Source: Chiloscyllium plagiosum (lineage: Eukaryota). From it: a DNA stretch of 36,373 bases. Every line of letters begins with the position of its first letter. Positions within the stretch are counted from its first letter, which is position 1. The notes beneath the pieces were generated by a model. The model was not told the origin of the DNA, ran no database searches, and was given only the letters and a program-made list of their open reading frames with translations. The translations under genes were made by a program, and so were the position numbers. The stretch is from positions 55,044,862-55,081,234 of the forward strand of contig NC_057719.1 in assembly GCF_004010195.1 (NCBI RefSeq), written 5' to 3'. Below are positions 9,761 through 21,797 of the stretch, piece after piece.

Positions 9761-11807
9761 CCATCTCAAATCTTTCTTATTCAAAGTCATTTAGCTGAAG
9801 CTGTAGATACTGCACCACGTAAAGGAGAGGGTGGACTATCGAGGTTTCTCTTGCCCTTTGCTATATTTGGTCGAGAGGTGTCGGTTCCGGATGGGGTTGG
9901 AGTCAGCATTAGTAGTGAGACCCTGGGAACACATGTGAAGGGAAGAAGGATACCTGCAGTAATTGATCGTACCTAATATTTGGAATAAATTATAATCTCT
10001 GAGGATAAGGATCGAGATGGTCAGGATGCCCATTATGACACTTTGGAGCAGTTGGCTGTCCAGACCAGGGAGGAGGAAAAGGGAGGCATAATCTGGTAAT
10101 TGTAGGCTGTACAGAAAGTATTCTTTATTCGGCAGGTTCAAGGGTCCCACATGGTATGTCACCTGCCTGTTGCTCGGTCAAGGGATACTTTAGATCAGCT
10201 TGAGAAGATACAGGAAAAGTTGGGGATATATGCAAACATTGTGATCCACGTTTGGGCCAACAGCATTGAAAAGAATAGGTAAGCAATTATGTTTGGAGAG
10301 TTCAAGAAACTAGCACCTAAATTACATAATCACTTGGTCAAGACGAACAGATTTAGGGATAAGAAAATTAGGGAGGTGAACACTTGGCTGAAGAAATAGT
10401 GTGGGAAAGAGGGATTCCATTTTATATGACACTGGCACCAATATTGGAACAGGAAAGTATTGCTCATTTGGAAGGGGCTTCACCTCAATCATTTTGAGAC
10501 CACTAAAAATAACAAATAAGGCTGTTACGAGCAATGATGAGGGAGTGGAGAGGTGGTTTGTAATCAGTATAAACAATGATGGGAATTAAGTGGAGTGAGA
10601 AGATCAACAGTGAAAAAATTGTGTTCTGCGTACAACAGGTAAAGGAGGAACCTATGTTGTACAGCTGTTAAACTAGGAAAGAGCAATAAAAGGCCTGTGA
10701 GTAAAATATTAAAGCAGAATTAGTGCGAAGCCCAAATGATTGAAGCTGTCTTTATTTAAATGGAAATAATATAAGGATCTGATTGAGTTAATTGCAGCTG
10801 CAAATTCAACTCAGAGAAATTTAATATAGTAGTCATTACTAACAAAGGCAATACTTAGATCTAAATTCACCAGGTTATAAAATCTCCAGAGAACAGGGAA
10901 TAAGGTAAAGGAAGGGAGATTAATATTGGTGATAAAGGATGAAATCATTTCAATGGTAAAAGAGGATAAAATGAGATGTAAGTAGGCCTTGAAGACTTCA
11001 TGATAGAAAATTATTTAAAACTACAGGGCAAGTTATACATAAGCCCTCTGACAATAGCTGTGAAATAGTATAACATGAGAGTGCAGAAATTATAGACAAG
11101 TAGGTAGAAAAGGAAAAGTGGTTTTAAAAAGAGATTTTAACTTGCATGTAAATTTGGGATAAGTAGACCAGTACAATCCAAAAAGTAATGATTTCTTGAG
11201 TGTGCCCAGAATACTTTGCCTCAGATGTATAGTGAGTATGCCATATTATATTTGGTAAAGAGCAATGATCTAGATTTAGTTAACAGCTAAACAGTGCCTG
11301 AGGATATATTTCATACTGTACATAATAAGATTCAGTTCAATGTACTGTTCCAATAGGTAATCACAAAATGTTTATTAAGGTTCCACACTTTCTGTGATGA
11401 AAATGGGATGGTCCACAGTGAACTGGTCAAATCTGCTTATGGGTGAGAGTAGAGAAACATATTTAAAAATTGCAAAGTAATAGTAATTCTGACACAGAAT
11501 CAGTTTATTCTCCTTAATTGTGGAAAGAGATAAAGGATTACATAAAACTAAATGAAAGCTGGCAAAAGTATAAAAATTAGCATAGGTTCGTGTATCTGGG
11601 AAAGATATAAAGAACAGCAAAGGATAATAGGACTGTGCTCTAGCTGGAGGAATATGATAGAGAGAAACTATTTACATATCATGAAAGTGGAGGTTTGGCT
11701 GGTATAATCGAAGATTGGAGCAAACCTTTACAGAAATTAAATTAGGAAACCCTTATATTCACAAAGATTGGGAGATGTTTAGACTTTCCTCAGTAAATGG
11801 CAATTAA

Positions 11808-12150
11808 GGAGATGATGGCCTCGTGGTATTATCATAGAGCTATTCATCTAGAGATCTAGATACTGTTCTTGGGGCCTGGGTTTAAGTCCCACCACTGCAG
11901 ATGATGGCATTTGAATTCAACAAAACAAATCTGGGGTTATAGATCTAATGATTATGAATCCATTGCTGATTGTCAAGAAAAATCCATCTGGTTCATTAAT
12001 TTATTTTTGAGGAAGGAAACTGCCATCCTTTCATGGTCTGGTCAAATGTGACTCCAGACCCATAGCAATATGGACAATTAGCGATAGGCGATAAATATTG
12101 GCTTATCCAGTGATGCCCTCCTCACCAAAGTAAATAATGGAAGAAAAACT
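11808..12150 (+). mobile_element. tRNA-derived SINE with a LINE-derived 3' tail
   Basis: TGGCCTCGTGG A-box, GGGTTTAAGTCCC B-box-like, and tail caattagcgataggcgataaatattggc resembling the LINE tail at 8036-8075. Confidence 0.75.
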
Positions 12151-12259
12151 GAATAATTCATTTTACACCTGAAGTTGTTAGGCCAAATGACCTCATTCCG
12201 TAATGACTCCACAGCTCTTCAATAGATCTTTGTTAATTAAAGGTTTAGGCATGTGGGGC

Positions 12260-12875
12260 TATTATGGACCAGCCCAGATTTGCTCAAAAGATTTTAAGAA
12301 AGTAACCCAGAACATAACTAGTTGTTTTAAGCAGGTATTGGTGGATATTCCAGGAGTAGCACAGCTAGTCAAACCACTCAGTTTTAGACAAAACTGAACT
12401 TATTTACATAAGAACAAAAGAAAACTGAATTTAGAAGAACATAACTATCTGAAAATCCAACTAACATGAAAATTTGACAAAGAGCAATTCCAATTTCTTG
12501 CAACATCCTATAAACACACCCCTTGACAAAAAGATTCACTCAAACACAGATACTTACTGGAGAGAGAGATGTCAGAGAGAGAGTCAGCCAGAAAACCTCT
12601 GAAGAATCCGAGAACCTCTTCCCCAGCCATTTGCTTTGACCAGCAGTTTCAAACAAACTGCTTGCTAAAACCCAACCAGACCAAACCAGCAAAAAAGAAC
12701 CTCTGAACCGGGAGAACTGGTCACTCTCCTTTCATTGTACATGCTTTTAAAAAAATGACTTAAACACCTTTTCAAGTAGATAGTTCCAGACATAGCATAA
12801 CCTCAGCCTTTATGACCCCTCTCGAAAAAAATACCAAGAACAACATAACCTTGTTAAAGAGGCAGCATCATCACA
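12260..12875 (-). mobile_element. Solo LTR (616 bp), same family as 28946-29576
   Basis: Minus strand starts TGTGATGATGCTGCC. Perfect 5-bp flanking repeat GGGGC (12255-12259, 12876-12880). Both ends align with 28946-29576 in reverse complement. Confidence 0.75.
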
Positions 12876-13179
12876 GGGGCAGAGGCTAGTGTATCAAGTG
12901 AGATATCAGATCAGCCACGATCTCACTGACTGGTAAATTGGCTCAAAGGACTCAGTGGCATATTCCTTTTCCTATATTCTTAAAATGGTATAGTTGTACT
13001 GGACTTTTGTTTTAAAGAATGGTCAATTCAACCATTCTAGAGCTCACGAAAGCATTCAACACTTTGGAAGTTTATCACATCATGAAGTTCATCAATCTGG
13101 GCCTAATACTTAGTTTATAAAGTTAATTCTAGTTTGTCAATTTTTATTTTGTTTTGCAGTAGTAATCCTCTCATGTTTC

Positions 13180-13385
13180 TGAAATAATTGCACAAAGGCC
13201 AATATCCTGTCAGCAAGTCACCTTTTATTTATACATGCACAGTAAATGGACCCTGACCAGCCAGCTCAGAGCCAGTCCCTCGACTGTTTATATCCTCCAG
13301 CCAGGGCTCCCTGATGAGCCCAGGATCCCAAAGTCAATGAGATCATGGCTGATCTGATAGGCTGGCCCTGGCTACAATCACTACA
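13180..13385 (-). mobile_element. Short solo LTR (206 bp)
   Basis: Minus strand TGTAGTGATTG...TTATTTCA, with internal TATAAA and AATAAA in the expected order. Flanks GTTTC/GGTTC match 4 of 5. Confidence 0.6.
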
Positions 13386-13798
13386 GGTTCTTAATAATTA
13401 ATCAAATCCAGGACTAAACGTTATCTAAATCTTTAGCTATAATATCATCTGTTTTCATGTCTCCTTACAATTTCAATTGGTTGATGGTAATAAGAACTGC
13501 AGAATTCCAACCAATTTGTAAAACTAAGCATCATGAAACTGACTGTTCAAATACCAACAACTACTGACTGTGTATTTTCTTTAGCATATCTTTTTGGATT
13601 CACCTCTTATTTTTGTGTTTGTGTTACAAATTCTAAAGTTTAATAATGTATAAACTCATTCTTTGTTAGCTCAAGAAAGCCTGGTTAAATTGGCTCCTTA
13701 TAAAATATAAATTCTGAGAGAAAGATACCTACAAGGCAAAGAATCAATTTTTGAAATTAACCTTGTTGCATCCAACCAAGCAATAAAGATGGGATCCA

Positions 13799-14896
13799 AA
13801 ATTACTGGAAAATCTCAGTTGATCTGGCAGCATCTGTGGAGAGAAATCAAAGTTAATGATTTGGATCCAGTGACACTTCACAGCAGTTCGAAAAATGTTG
13901 ATATTTATGCAGAAAGTGTGGTGTGGTGAGGGAAGGGGAGGGAGTAGAGTAAATGATAGGTGGTGACAGAGTCTGAACAGAGAGAAAAACAGGATGACAC
14001 GTAAAGGAGTGGGTAAAGGAGAATGAATAGCTGCTAATAGAGACTATTAGTGGCTGACAACGGTTTGCATGTGGTAGCAGCCCATGTGATGACAACACCC
14101 AATATGTGAGAGTGGGAGAAAGACACTGTGGAAGGTGTTCATGCCCTAAAATTATTGAACTTGGTGCTAAGTCCAGAAGGCTACAGAGTTCCCAGGAGAA
14201 ACATTAGGTGTTGATCATCCAGCTTGCGCTGAGTTTTGTTGGAGCACTGCAACAAGCCTGAGTCAAGGATGTTGGCTAGCGAACAAGGTGGTGTATTGAA
14301 GTCTGCAAAACAGACCCCGAGCTTTCAGTTGCCTGCCACTTCCACACACTACCATGTTCCCAGCCCAACACCTGTGTCTCAGGCTTGCTGCAGTGCTCCA
14401 GTGAAGCTCAGCGCAAGCTGGAAGAACAGCGTCTCATTTTCTGCTTCTGAACTCTGCAGCCTTCTGGACTCAATATCAAGTTCAACAATTTTAGGGCTTG
14501 AGCACCTTTCCCCATGCCTTCCCCCCATTCCGACATACCTGGTCTCATCATCACATGGCCTGCTACCATACATAACCTATTGTCAGCTATTAAAAGTCCC
14601 CATCAGCAGCTTCATTCTCCCAAGCTGATTTTTACCCACTCCTTTTCCCGTCCAACTGTCATTCTCTCTCTTTGAGCTCTATCTCCACCTATTGTTTACT
14701 CCTTCCCCTCCCGCCATCCCCATTTTCTGCATAAATGCCAACCTTTCCTTAGTTACCATTAGTTCTAAAGATGAGTCACTGGACCTGAAATGCTAACTCT
14801 GATTTTTCTCCACAGATGCTGCCAGTCCTGCTGAGATTTTCCAGCAATTTCTATTTTTGATTCTGATTTCAGTATTGCAGGTCTTTCAGTTTTTTT
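13799..14896. mobile_element. PLE subfamily B with inverted arms: antisense pLTR/endonuclease end (13799-14300) and sense endonuclease end + pLTR + tail (14305-14896)
   Basis: Sense peptide DPELSVACHFHT...EAQRKLEEQRLIFCF*TLQPSGLN. The arms are reverse complements. Decayed hammerheads at ~13851-13890 (-) and 14761-14798 (+). Possible degraded TSD agcaataaagatgggatcca / agcaagaaagggagcca. Confidence 0.85.
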
Positions 14897-15184
14897 AGCA
14901 AGAAAGGGAGCCAGTTCATTCCTCCACACCTGAGAGGTAAATAGATTATGGTTTTGGAGCATAAACTGGAAAACCTCTCATAGATGTAACAAACTGAGGG
15001 CTCATCCAGGATCGGGTCATGATAATACCAATAAGAACATTTGTGACAGTGAATTTAACCAAGGCATCACAAGTGGTTCAGGTGGACATAACCACAGCAT
15101 ACACCATACATACAGTGGCACAAGTATCACAATATGTAGCAGTTATAGTCATGTTCATTAGAACACGAATGAATGGAAATGATG

Positions 15185-15345
15185 TGCACAAAGCAAGGAG
15201 GAAAATAGGGAAAAGGAAGGAAATGAAGGGAAGAAAATGGAAAATGAAAGGAAGAAAACTGCTGTAATTAATACATCTAAAAAAGAAGATAATGGATAGC
15301 AACAGAAGAAAGAAGGATGAGTATACAGGCAAGGAAAGAAGTTGG
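15185..15345 (+). repeat. Purine-rich (GA) low-complexity tract
   Basis: Repeated ggaaaat/gaagg units. Confidence 0.6.
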
Positions 15346-15689
15346 AAGTAACACTTTAGGAGTGGGAGAGAGTGGTGATGGAAAACATCAGCCACTTTGA
15401 ACCAGAATTTAAGCCTACCACAATAACCTGAGGGGGAAAAAGAAGGGCACAAGCTGAACTCAGTGTGATGGAGTGGTGTACCAGTTTCACATGGAAGACT
15501 GGGAAGGGATTGGAGAAATAAGTGAATGTATGGTTTGAGTAGGATATCAGTTTATGATGCAGTGAGAATGAAAAGTGTGTCTTTGTTGAGTGAAGTGAAT
15601 TAACATTTTAAAGAGAAGTGTAGATTTGGGGATGCAGAAGGAGTGCCAGGTTGAAACGAATAGGTCGAGTGAAGTGCTTTTCTCTTACT

Positions 15690-15822
15690 TTTTTCACAGG
15701 CTATGATGTCACTGGCTAGACAAATAATTTTGCCCATCCTTAAATAACCTTGAGAAGGTGGTGTTGATCCACTTTTTTGAATCACTGCAGTCTACGTGAC
15801 GTAAACATATTCACAATACTGT
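15690..15822 (-). mobile_element. 3' tail fragment of the CR1-group LINE family seen at 7590-8100
   Basis: Reverse complement matches 7960-8090 (ctgcagt..ttcaa..caccaccttctcaagg..ggatgggcaa). Confidence 0.65.
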
Positions 15823-16354
15823 GTGTTTTAAACAACTAGATCTAGAGGCTGAAGGAAAGAGAAAGAAAAAAATATGCTAGATTGGGCTTAATGGAAAAAA
15901 AACAAATTGAATGTGCTAGGGCAATAATTTTATCCCATGAATGGATAAAAAAGGAATAGCACCCACTTGAATGGGAGGGAAAACATGACCTAGAATAAGC
16001 TGAATAATGGTAATAAAATAACAGACAATGTTTGCAATTGGTTCTTAAATATAATAGAAACACACCATAACCTTCACTTTAATATCCAGAGACCAAACAG
16101 AAAAAGTGAATTATTAGAGTAAATCAATAATTATACTGAGAAGTCAAATTGTGTGACTTTTCTCACATCTAGTTATGCTGCAGCTACTGGCTTATATTGG
16201 GAGTCATGCAAGTACAAATCTCTGCAATCAGTTCTCATACTTAATCACATATACAAAACGCTGCTCAATGTTCGCTGAAATGTTTCATGTTCGTAAAGTT
16301 AATGGAAAGCACAGCAGGAGATCAATCAGGGAAAATCATAATGTAGAAAAATTA

Positions 16355-16650
16355 CGGCTCCTGTGACGGACTGAGAAAGGCCCACGTGGAAGCAATATTT
16401 AAAAAGGATAATAAATCGAAACTGGAAATCACAAGTCCATTAGTTCGACTTTGGGTAATTGGCAAATTACTAAACGGAATTATTAGGGATACATTGTATA
16501 AATACCTTGATTGGACAAAGGTTATTTCAAATTCTCAGAAAAGCTTCAAGAAATGAAGGTCCTACCTTTCCAAACCACTTGAACCTTTGGAAAGTTATTC
16601 GGTTGGTGGATGTCAGTTGCCTAGGTGACATTGTGGGGTCAAACTTTGCC
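16355..16650 (+). pseudogene. Ancient CR1 reverse transcriptase fragment
   Basis: With frameshifts, reads KAHVEAIFKK...VIGKLLNGIIRDTLYKYLD...ISNSQKSFKK*RSYLS, resembling the CR1 RT ANVxPxFKKG...GKxLExII...SQHGFxKGRSCL segment. Confidence 0.55.
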
Positions 16651-17089
16651 TCTGTATTATCCCATTAGTCTTTAAAGATTGTTGAAGATAAAAAGAACTG
16701 CTCATTTTATCCAATTAATTCATTTCTGCTTTATTTTCTGACAGACATAATTCTTTGTGGCAACACCTGTTATCAGTAAAAGGTTTGAGCTTCATAACTT
16801 CATGTAATCTGAGATTATGAATCATCATTTTGAATTCAATGCCACCTATCATGAGAGAATAATGGAACAGTAACATAAATATTTGTCAGATAGGTACAAG
16901 GCAGAAGTAACCATTACAAGCAATATTTGAGAAAATCCCAAATTGTTTTCAAGGGACTTTTGAAGACATTTTTCTTGAGTGTTGTGTGGGGATTTTTACC
17001 CACTCACTCATCATTTCACAAGGATTTCTTCACAAGTCAATGTTATAAGGTTTCTTTTTTTTTGTTGGATCCTAAATCTTTGGTCATTA

Positions 17090-19996
17090 ACACCAACCTG
17101 AAAGACTGCTGTGTGCTGTTTTATGGAGACGTGGCTTACTCCTGCTACACCTTGTAAACTGAGGGGTTCTCCATAGATCACATGGACCACACAGTGTCCT
17201 TGGGTAAGGCAAAGGACAGAAGGGTATGCCTCTTCCTGGGACTCAGAAGTGGCAACCCTGATGAGCTGCTCCTCTCCAGACCTAGAATAACTTATGGAAA
17301 AATGCCGTCCCTACTACATGCCGCGTAAGTTCACCTCCGCCATCCTGACCACAGTCAACACACTGTCTCATGCGGATGTGATATATGCCTTGGATGAAAT
17401 TTACACCACTACAAATGTTCTGGAGACTAAATTCCCCGAGGCCTTATTCATCATGGCTGGCAACTTCAATCGGGCTAACCTCAAGCAGGCGCTGCCAAAT
17501 TACCACCAACACATCGCCCGCCCCATTGGAGGACTGAGCATCCTGGGCCACTGCTACTCAAACATTAAAAATGCCTACCGCTCCATACCCCGTCCCGTAC
17601 TTTAGAAAATCAGATCACAGTGCTGGGTTCCTCCTCCCAGCTTACAAGCAGAATTTGAGGTGGGAGGATCTTTCACAGAAAGTAGTACAATGCTGGTCTG
17701 AGGCAGCAGAACAGCATCTCCAGGACTACTTGGAATCAATGGACTGGACCACATTCAAGAACTCAAGGGACAACATCGACAAGTACTCCACAACTGTCAA
17801 GGACTTCATTAGCAAATACATGGAGGACTGCATGCCTCAGTTTACAAGGTGTAGCAGGAGTAAGCCATGTCTCCATGCCTCGTGGGCGGCATGGTGGTAC
17901 AGTGGTTAGCACTGCTGCCTCACAGCGCCAGAGACCCGGGTTCAATTCCCGCCTCAGGCGACTGACTGTGTGGAGTTTGCACGTTCTCCCCGTGTCTGCG
18001 TGGGTTTCCTCCGGGTGCTCCGGTTTCCTCCCATAGTCCAAAGATGTGCAGGTTAGGTGAATTGGCCATGCTAAATTGCCTGTAGTGTTAGGTAAGAGGT
18101 AAATGTAGGGGTATGGGTGGGTTGCGCTTCGGCGGGTCGGTGTGGACTTGTTGGACCGAAGGGCCTGTTTCCAAACTATAATCTAATCTAATCTAAATCT
18201 AAACATGCCAAAGAAACCTTGGATGAACCGGGAAATCCACTCCCTACTGAAGACCAGGCATGCGGCATTCAAATCGGATGATTCAAACCTTTCTCAGGAA
18301 ATCCAGATGTGAGATCTGCAAAGCTGTCAGAGATGCCGAGGCAGTACTGGACTAAAGTAGAGGCCCAACCTAAACATATGGACACCCGCTGCCATTGACA
18401 AGGCCTAAACAACATAACGATACAAAATAAAGCAGAGCAAGATAGCGCATAAAGACACATCCCTCCCTAATGCTCTCAATGCCTTCTATACTGAGGAATC
18501 AACCTGAGGAAAGCAATGGGTCCGGATGGAGATCCCAACCGAGCACTTACATCCTGTGCAGACCAATTGCAGAGGCATTCACTGGCACCTTCAACCTCTC
18601 CTTGCTGCAGTCTGGAGTTCCCACCTGCTTCAAGAAGACCACCATCATCATGGTACCTAAGAAAAGACATGTAACATGCCTTAATGACTACCGCCCAGTG
18701 TTTCTGACCTCAATAATCATGAAGTGCTTTGACAGGCTGGACATAGCCCACATCAACTCCAGTCTCCCAGCCTGCCTCACTCCATACAATTTGCCTACCA
18801 GCAAAACAAGTCAACAGCGGACTCTATTTCCCTAGCTCTGTACTCATCCCTAGAACATCTGGACAACAACAACACTTACATCAGGCTTCTGTTCATTGAC
18901 TACAATTCTTCCTTCAACACCATTATCCTCTCCTGACAGATTTCAAAACCCTGAGACCTATGTCTCGGCTCCACCCTCTGCAACTGGATTCTTATCTTTC
19001 TGATCCACAAACTGCAATCAGTGAAGATAGACAACTGCACCTCCTCTATGATTATCCTCAACACTGGAGACACCAGGGATACGTTATCAGCTCCCTACTA
19101 TACTCCCTGTACGCCCACAACTGTGTAGGCAAATTCCTTACTAAAACAATCTACAATTGTTGAAATTACTAAAGTGGTAGGCCGGATATCAAACAACGAT
19201 GAGTACAGGAAGGAGATAACAGGCTTGGTTATATGGTGCAGTGATAACAACCTCTCTCTCAATGTCGGCAAAACAAAAGAACTGATGATCAACTTCAGGA
19301 AGAAAAGAAGAGAACGTACCCCCAACTACATCAATGGAGCTAAAATGGAGAGGGTCAAGAATGTCAAGTTCCTAGGAGTGACAATAACCAACAATCCATC
19401 TTGGACCTCTCATGTAGATGTGACAGTCAAGAAGGTATCACAACACCTCTTCTTCCTTGGGTTACTTAGGAAATTTGGCATCTCCATACAGACCCTCACC
19501 AGTCTCTACAGATGCACCATACAAAGCATTTTATCTGGGTGCATAACAGCCTGTTTTGGCAACTGCTCTGCCCAGGACCGTAAAAAACTACAGAAGGTTG
19601 TGTGTACAGCCCAGACCATCACAGAGCCAACCTCCCATACATGGTCTCAATTTACACCTCTCGCTTCTGCGGAAAGCCTGCCAACATCATCAAAGACTCC
19701 TCACCCCCTCAGTAATGCTTTCTTCCAACCTCTTCAGTCAGGCAGAAGATACAAAAGCTTGTCACACACACCAACAGTTCAAGAACAGCCCCTTCCCTGC
19801 TGTTATTAGACCTCCCTGACTACAGAAAATGCTGATCTTGCTTTGTGCACCTCCTATGCAGCTGTAACCTCGCTATGTATGCCTTGTTATGTCTATGATT
19901 TATATGACCCCATTGGTTATGATCTGCCTGTACTACTCGCAAAACAAAACACTTCACTGTAGTTAGGTCCATGTGACAACAATAAATCAAATCAAA
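17090..19996 (+). mobile_element. Rex1/Babar-type LINE, nearly full-length ORF (APE endonuclease + RT) with many stops and frameshifts, interrupted by a SINE
   Basis: [109 protein letters not shown]. 3' end AATAAA(TCAAA)n. Confidence 0.9.
17882..18203 (+). mobile_element. HE1-type V-SINE (tRNA-derived), young copy
   Basis: A-box TGGTACAGTGG, B-box GGTTCAATTCC, V-domain TGTGTGGAGTTTGCACGTTCTCCCCGTGTCTGCGTGGGTTTCCTCCGGGTGCTCCGGTTTCCTCCCA and (TAATC)n tail. Confidence 0.92.
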
Positions 19997-20044
19997 ACCA
20001 GCTTCCCATGTGCATAACCTTGTTTCATGATAAATGGAAAGACA

Positions 20045-20370
20045 ACAATGAGTGGTGCAGTGGCTTGGTGCTGCCTCACAGCACCAGGGACCCAGGTTTG
20101 ATTCCACCCTCAGGTGACTGTGTGATGTTTGCAGATTCTCCCCGTGGCTGCGTGGGGTTTCCTCTAGCTGCTCCGGTTTCTTCCCACAATCCAAAGATGT
20201 GAGGTTTAGGTGGATTGGCCATACTAAATTGCCCTTGGTGTTTAGGGATGTGCAGAGTGGTAGGTTAACCTTGGGAAATGCAGGGTAATGGGGATAAGGT
20301 GAGGGCTGGGGCTGGGTGGAATGCGTTTTAAGGTTTGATGCAGACTCTTTCTGCACTATAGGGATTCTGT
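20045..20370 (+). mobile_element. V-SINE, older/longer HE1-related subfamily
   Basis: tRNA head and V-domain homologous to 17882-18203, with a longer 3' part. Confidence 0.85.
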
Positions 20371-20779
20371 AAAGAAGACTAGTAAAGGGCCGTGCAATGG
20401 TCAATCCAGTCTCAGTGACCCTTGTAATAATAAGGGTAGAGTCAAAAAGTGTGACGCTGGAAAAATAAGGGTAACCCTATCATTTTAAGCAACAATATGA
20501 GTAGCTGCATTGCATTGCCCTCATCACCTCTTCCACATTTCCATCCTTCTTCTAAGTTGTCTCCAGGTGATGTGCACTTTGTGACTCGTCTGTTTTGCAG
20601 AGCACAACACACCATAACCATTCTGACTATCTAACTGAATAACACCCTGTTGATGGCTTGTTCAATTACATGTCATATGTTAATCGTTAGGTATTCATGG
20701 GTGTTATTTTCCAAGTAAACACACCGGATCTTGAAACCGCCACAAATGTAGGTCCAAAATGGTCAGAAAAACTGAATTG

Positions 20780-21010
20780 TTGTAGATGAGTGGTTCAGGT
20801 ATGGAATGCACTGCCTTGGAGTGTGGTGAAGACTGGTTTCAATTGGAGCATGAGAGAAAGTATTAAATGACCATTTAGATAGAAATAATGTGCCAGGATA
20901 TGGGAATAAAGCAGGAAATTGGTACTAGGTAATGACGTTAATTTGAAGACCCTGTGCAAATAGAATGGGCCAAATGGCCTCATTATGCACCCTAACACTT
21001 CAGTGATTCT
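20780..21010 (+). mobile_element. CR1 LINE 3' end
   Basis: VVQVWNALPWSVV peptide and atgggccaaatggcct 3' hairpin. Confidence 0.75.
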
Positions 21011-21034
21011 ACAATGAACTCCAATTTTTTTTAA

Positions 21035-21225
21035 AGCTGACCTGGAGGCTCTAATGCAGGAGTTGAACAAGTAAACTATCATGGGAGCTGAGGACTTAAC
21101 AGCCAAATATTCTGGAAGGCAGTAGGAGCAGATAGACATTACTGTCAATATCAGGGGGCAAACTGCGAGGACCTGGAGTGCTGCAAAATATTGGAACAGC
21201 TCACAGAATTGATCAAGGGCAGTGA
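21035..21225 (+). mobile_element. Possible Harbinger-associated Myb/SANT-like ORF remnant
   Basis: ADLEALMQELNK...RTW segment resembles 30400-30605. Very decayed. Confidence 0.3.
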
Positions 21226-21417
21226 GTAGTTAGCCTTCAGATACCATATCAGATCTATTGCATTGCTTATTTCAGACACCGTTCAATATACCACGTGCAA
21301 ATCACCTACTAATTATGTTTGTCAATAACAACTCAAAACTCATCCTCATGCTTAACATCATCCTCACAAAATTAACACAGTGACAAGATTCACACCCACA
21401 TCTTACCGATTGTACAC

Positions 21418-21797
21418 AAAAACAGAAATTGCTGGAAAATCTCAGCAGGTCTGGCAGCATTTGAGGAGAGAAATCAGAGTTAACGTTTCAGGTCCAGTGA
21501 CCCTTCTTCAGAACTAATGATAGCAAGGGAAAAGTTTTTTTTAAGGGTATGGAGGGGGTAAAGAGTAAGCAATAGGTGGAGATAGAGTGCAAAGAGAAAG
21601 AAGAACTTTTGGACAGGGTCAGAGTAGGCGAATGAATAGCTGCTAATGGGAAGGATTAGTGGCTGACAATGGGTTGTGTGTAAAAGCACAGCATGTGATA
21701 ACAAGGCCTGGTGTGTGGGTTGGGGTAAGGACACAGGAAAAAAGAGCCTCAAGCCCTAAAATTATTGAACTTAATATTGAGTCCAGAAGGCTGCCAG
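21418..21797 (-). mobile_element. PLE subfamily B pLTR and endonuclease C-terminus
   Basis: Reverse complement of 14455-14857 (QPSGLNIKFNNFRA* end). Carries an intact hammerhead. Confidence 0.85.
21478..21515 (-). ncRNA. Minimal hammerhead ribozyme with intact core
   Basis: AGTT-CTGAAGA-A-GGGTC-ACTG-GACCT-GAAA-CGTT-AACT: 4-bp stem I, 5-bp stem II and palindromic AACGTT. Confidence 0.8.

Larger units (their letters stand above)
10100..12981 (+). mobile_element. Old, internally deleted CR1 LINE: ORF1 SGNH-esterase remnant, APE endonuclease remnant and 3' UTR, interrupted by a SINE and a solo LTR
   Basis: ORF1-like MVCHLPVAR (10151-10177), VIHVWAN (10241-10261), NTWLKK*CGKEGF..HWHQYW..GLHLN (to 10489). 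Endonuclease-like CLYLNG, PGYKISR and DFNLH (10745-11150). 3' UTR cagatcagccacgatctcactga...tggcatattccttttcctat (12907-12977). The element may start as early as ~9850. Confidence 0.7.

Noticed and set aside
9786..9800. gtcatttagctgaa resembling gtcattatgagctgaa at 8651-8666 as a TSD of the 8661-9760 PLE
   Set aside because: The match is imperfect, overlaps the element end and lies ~25 bp from the visible right boundary.
15019..15452. Lys-rich and Phe-rich ORFs
   Set aside because: By-products of a purine-rich low-complexity tract.
17884..17960. tRNA gene
   Set aside because: The A/B boxes belong to the SINE head, which continues into the V-domain. The same applies at 20050, 27409 and 35527.
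19174..19809. 211-aa ORF as a host gene
   Set aside because: It is the C-terminal part of the broken Rex1 RT ORF.
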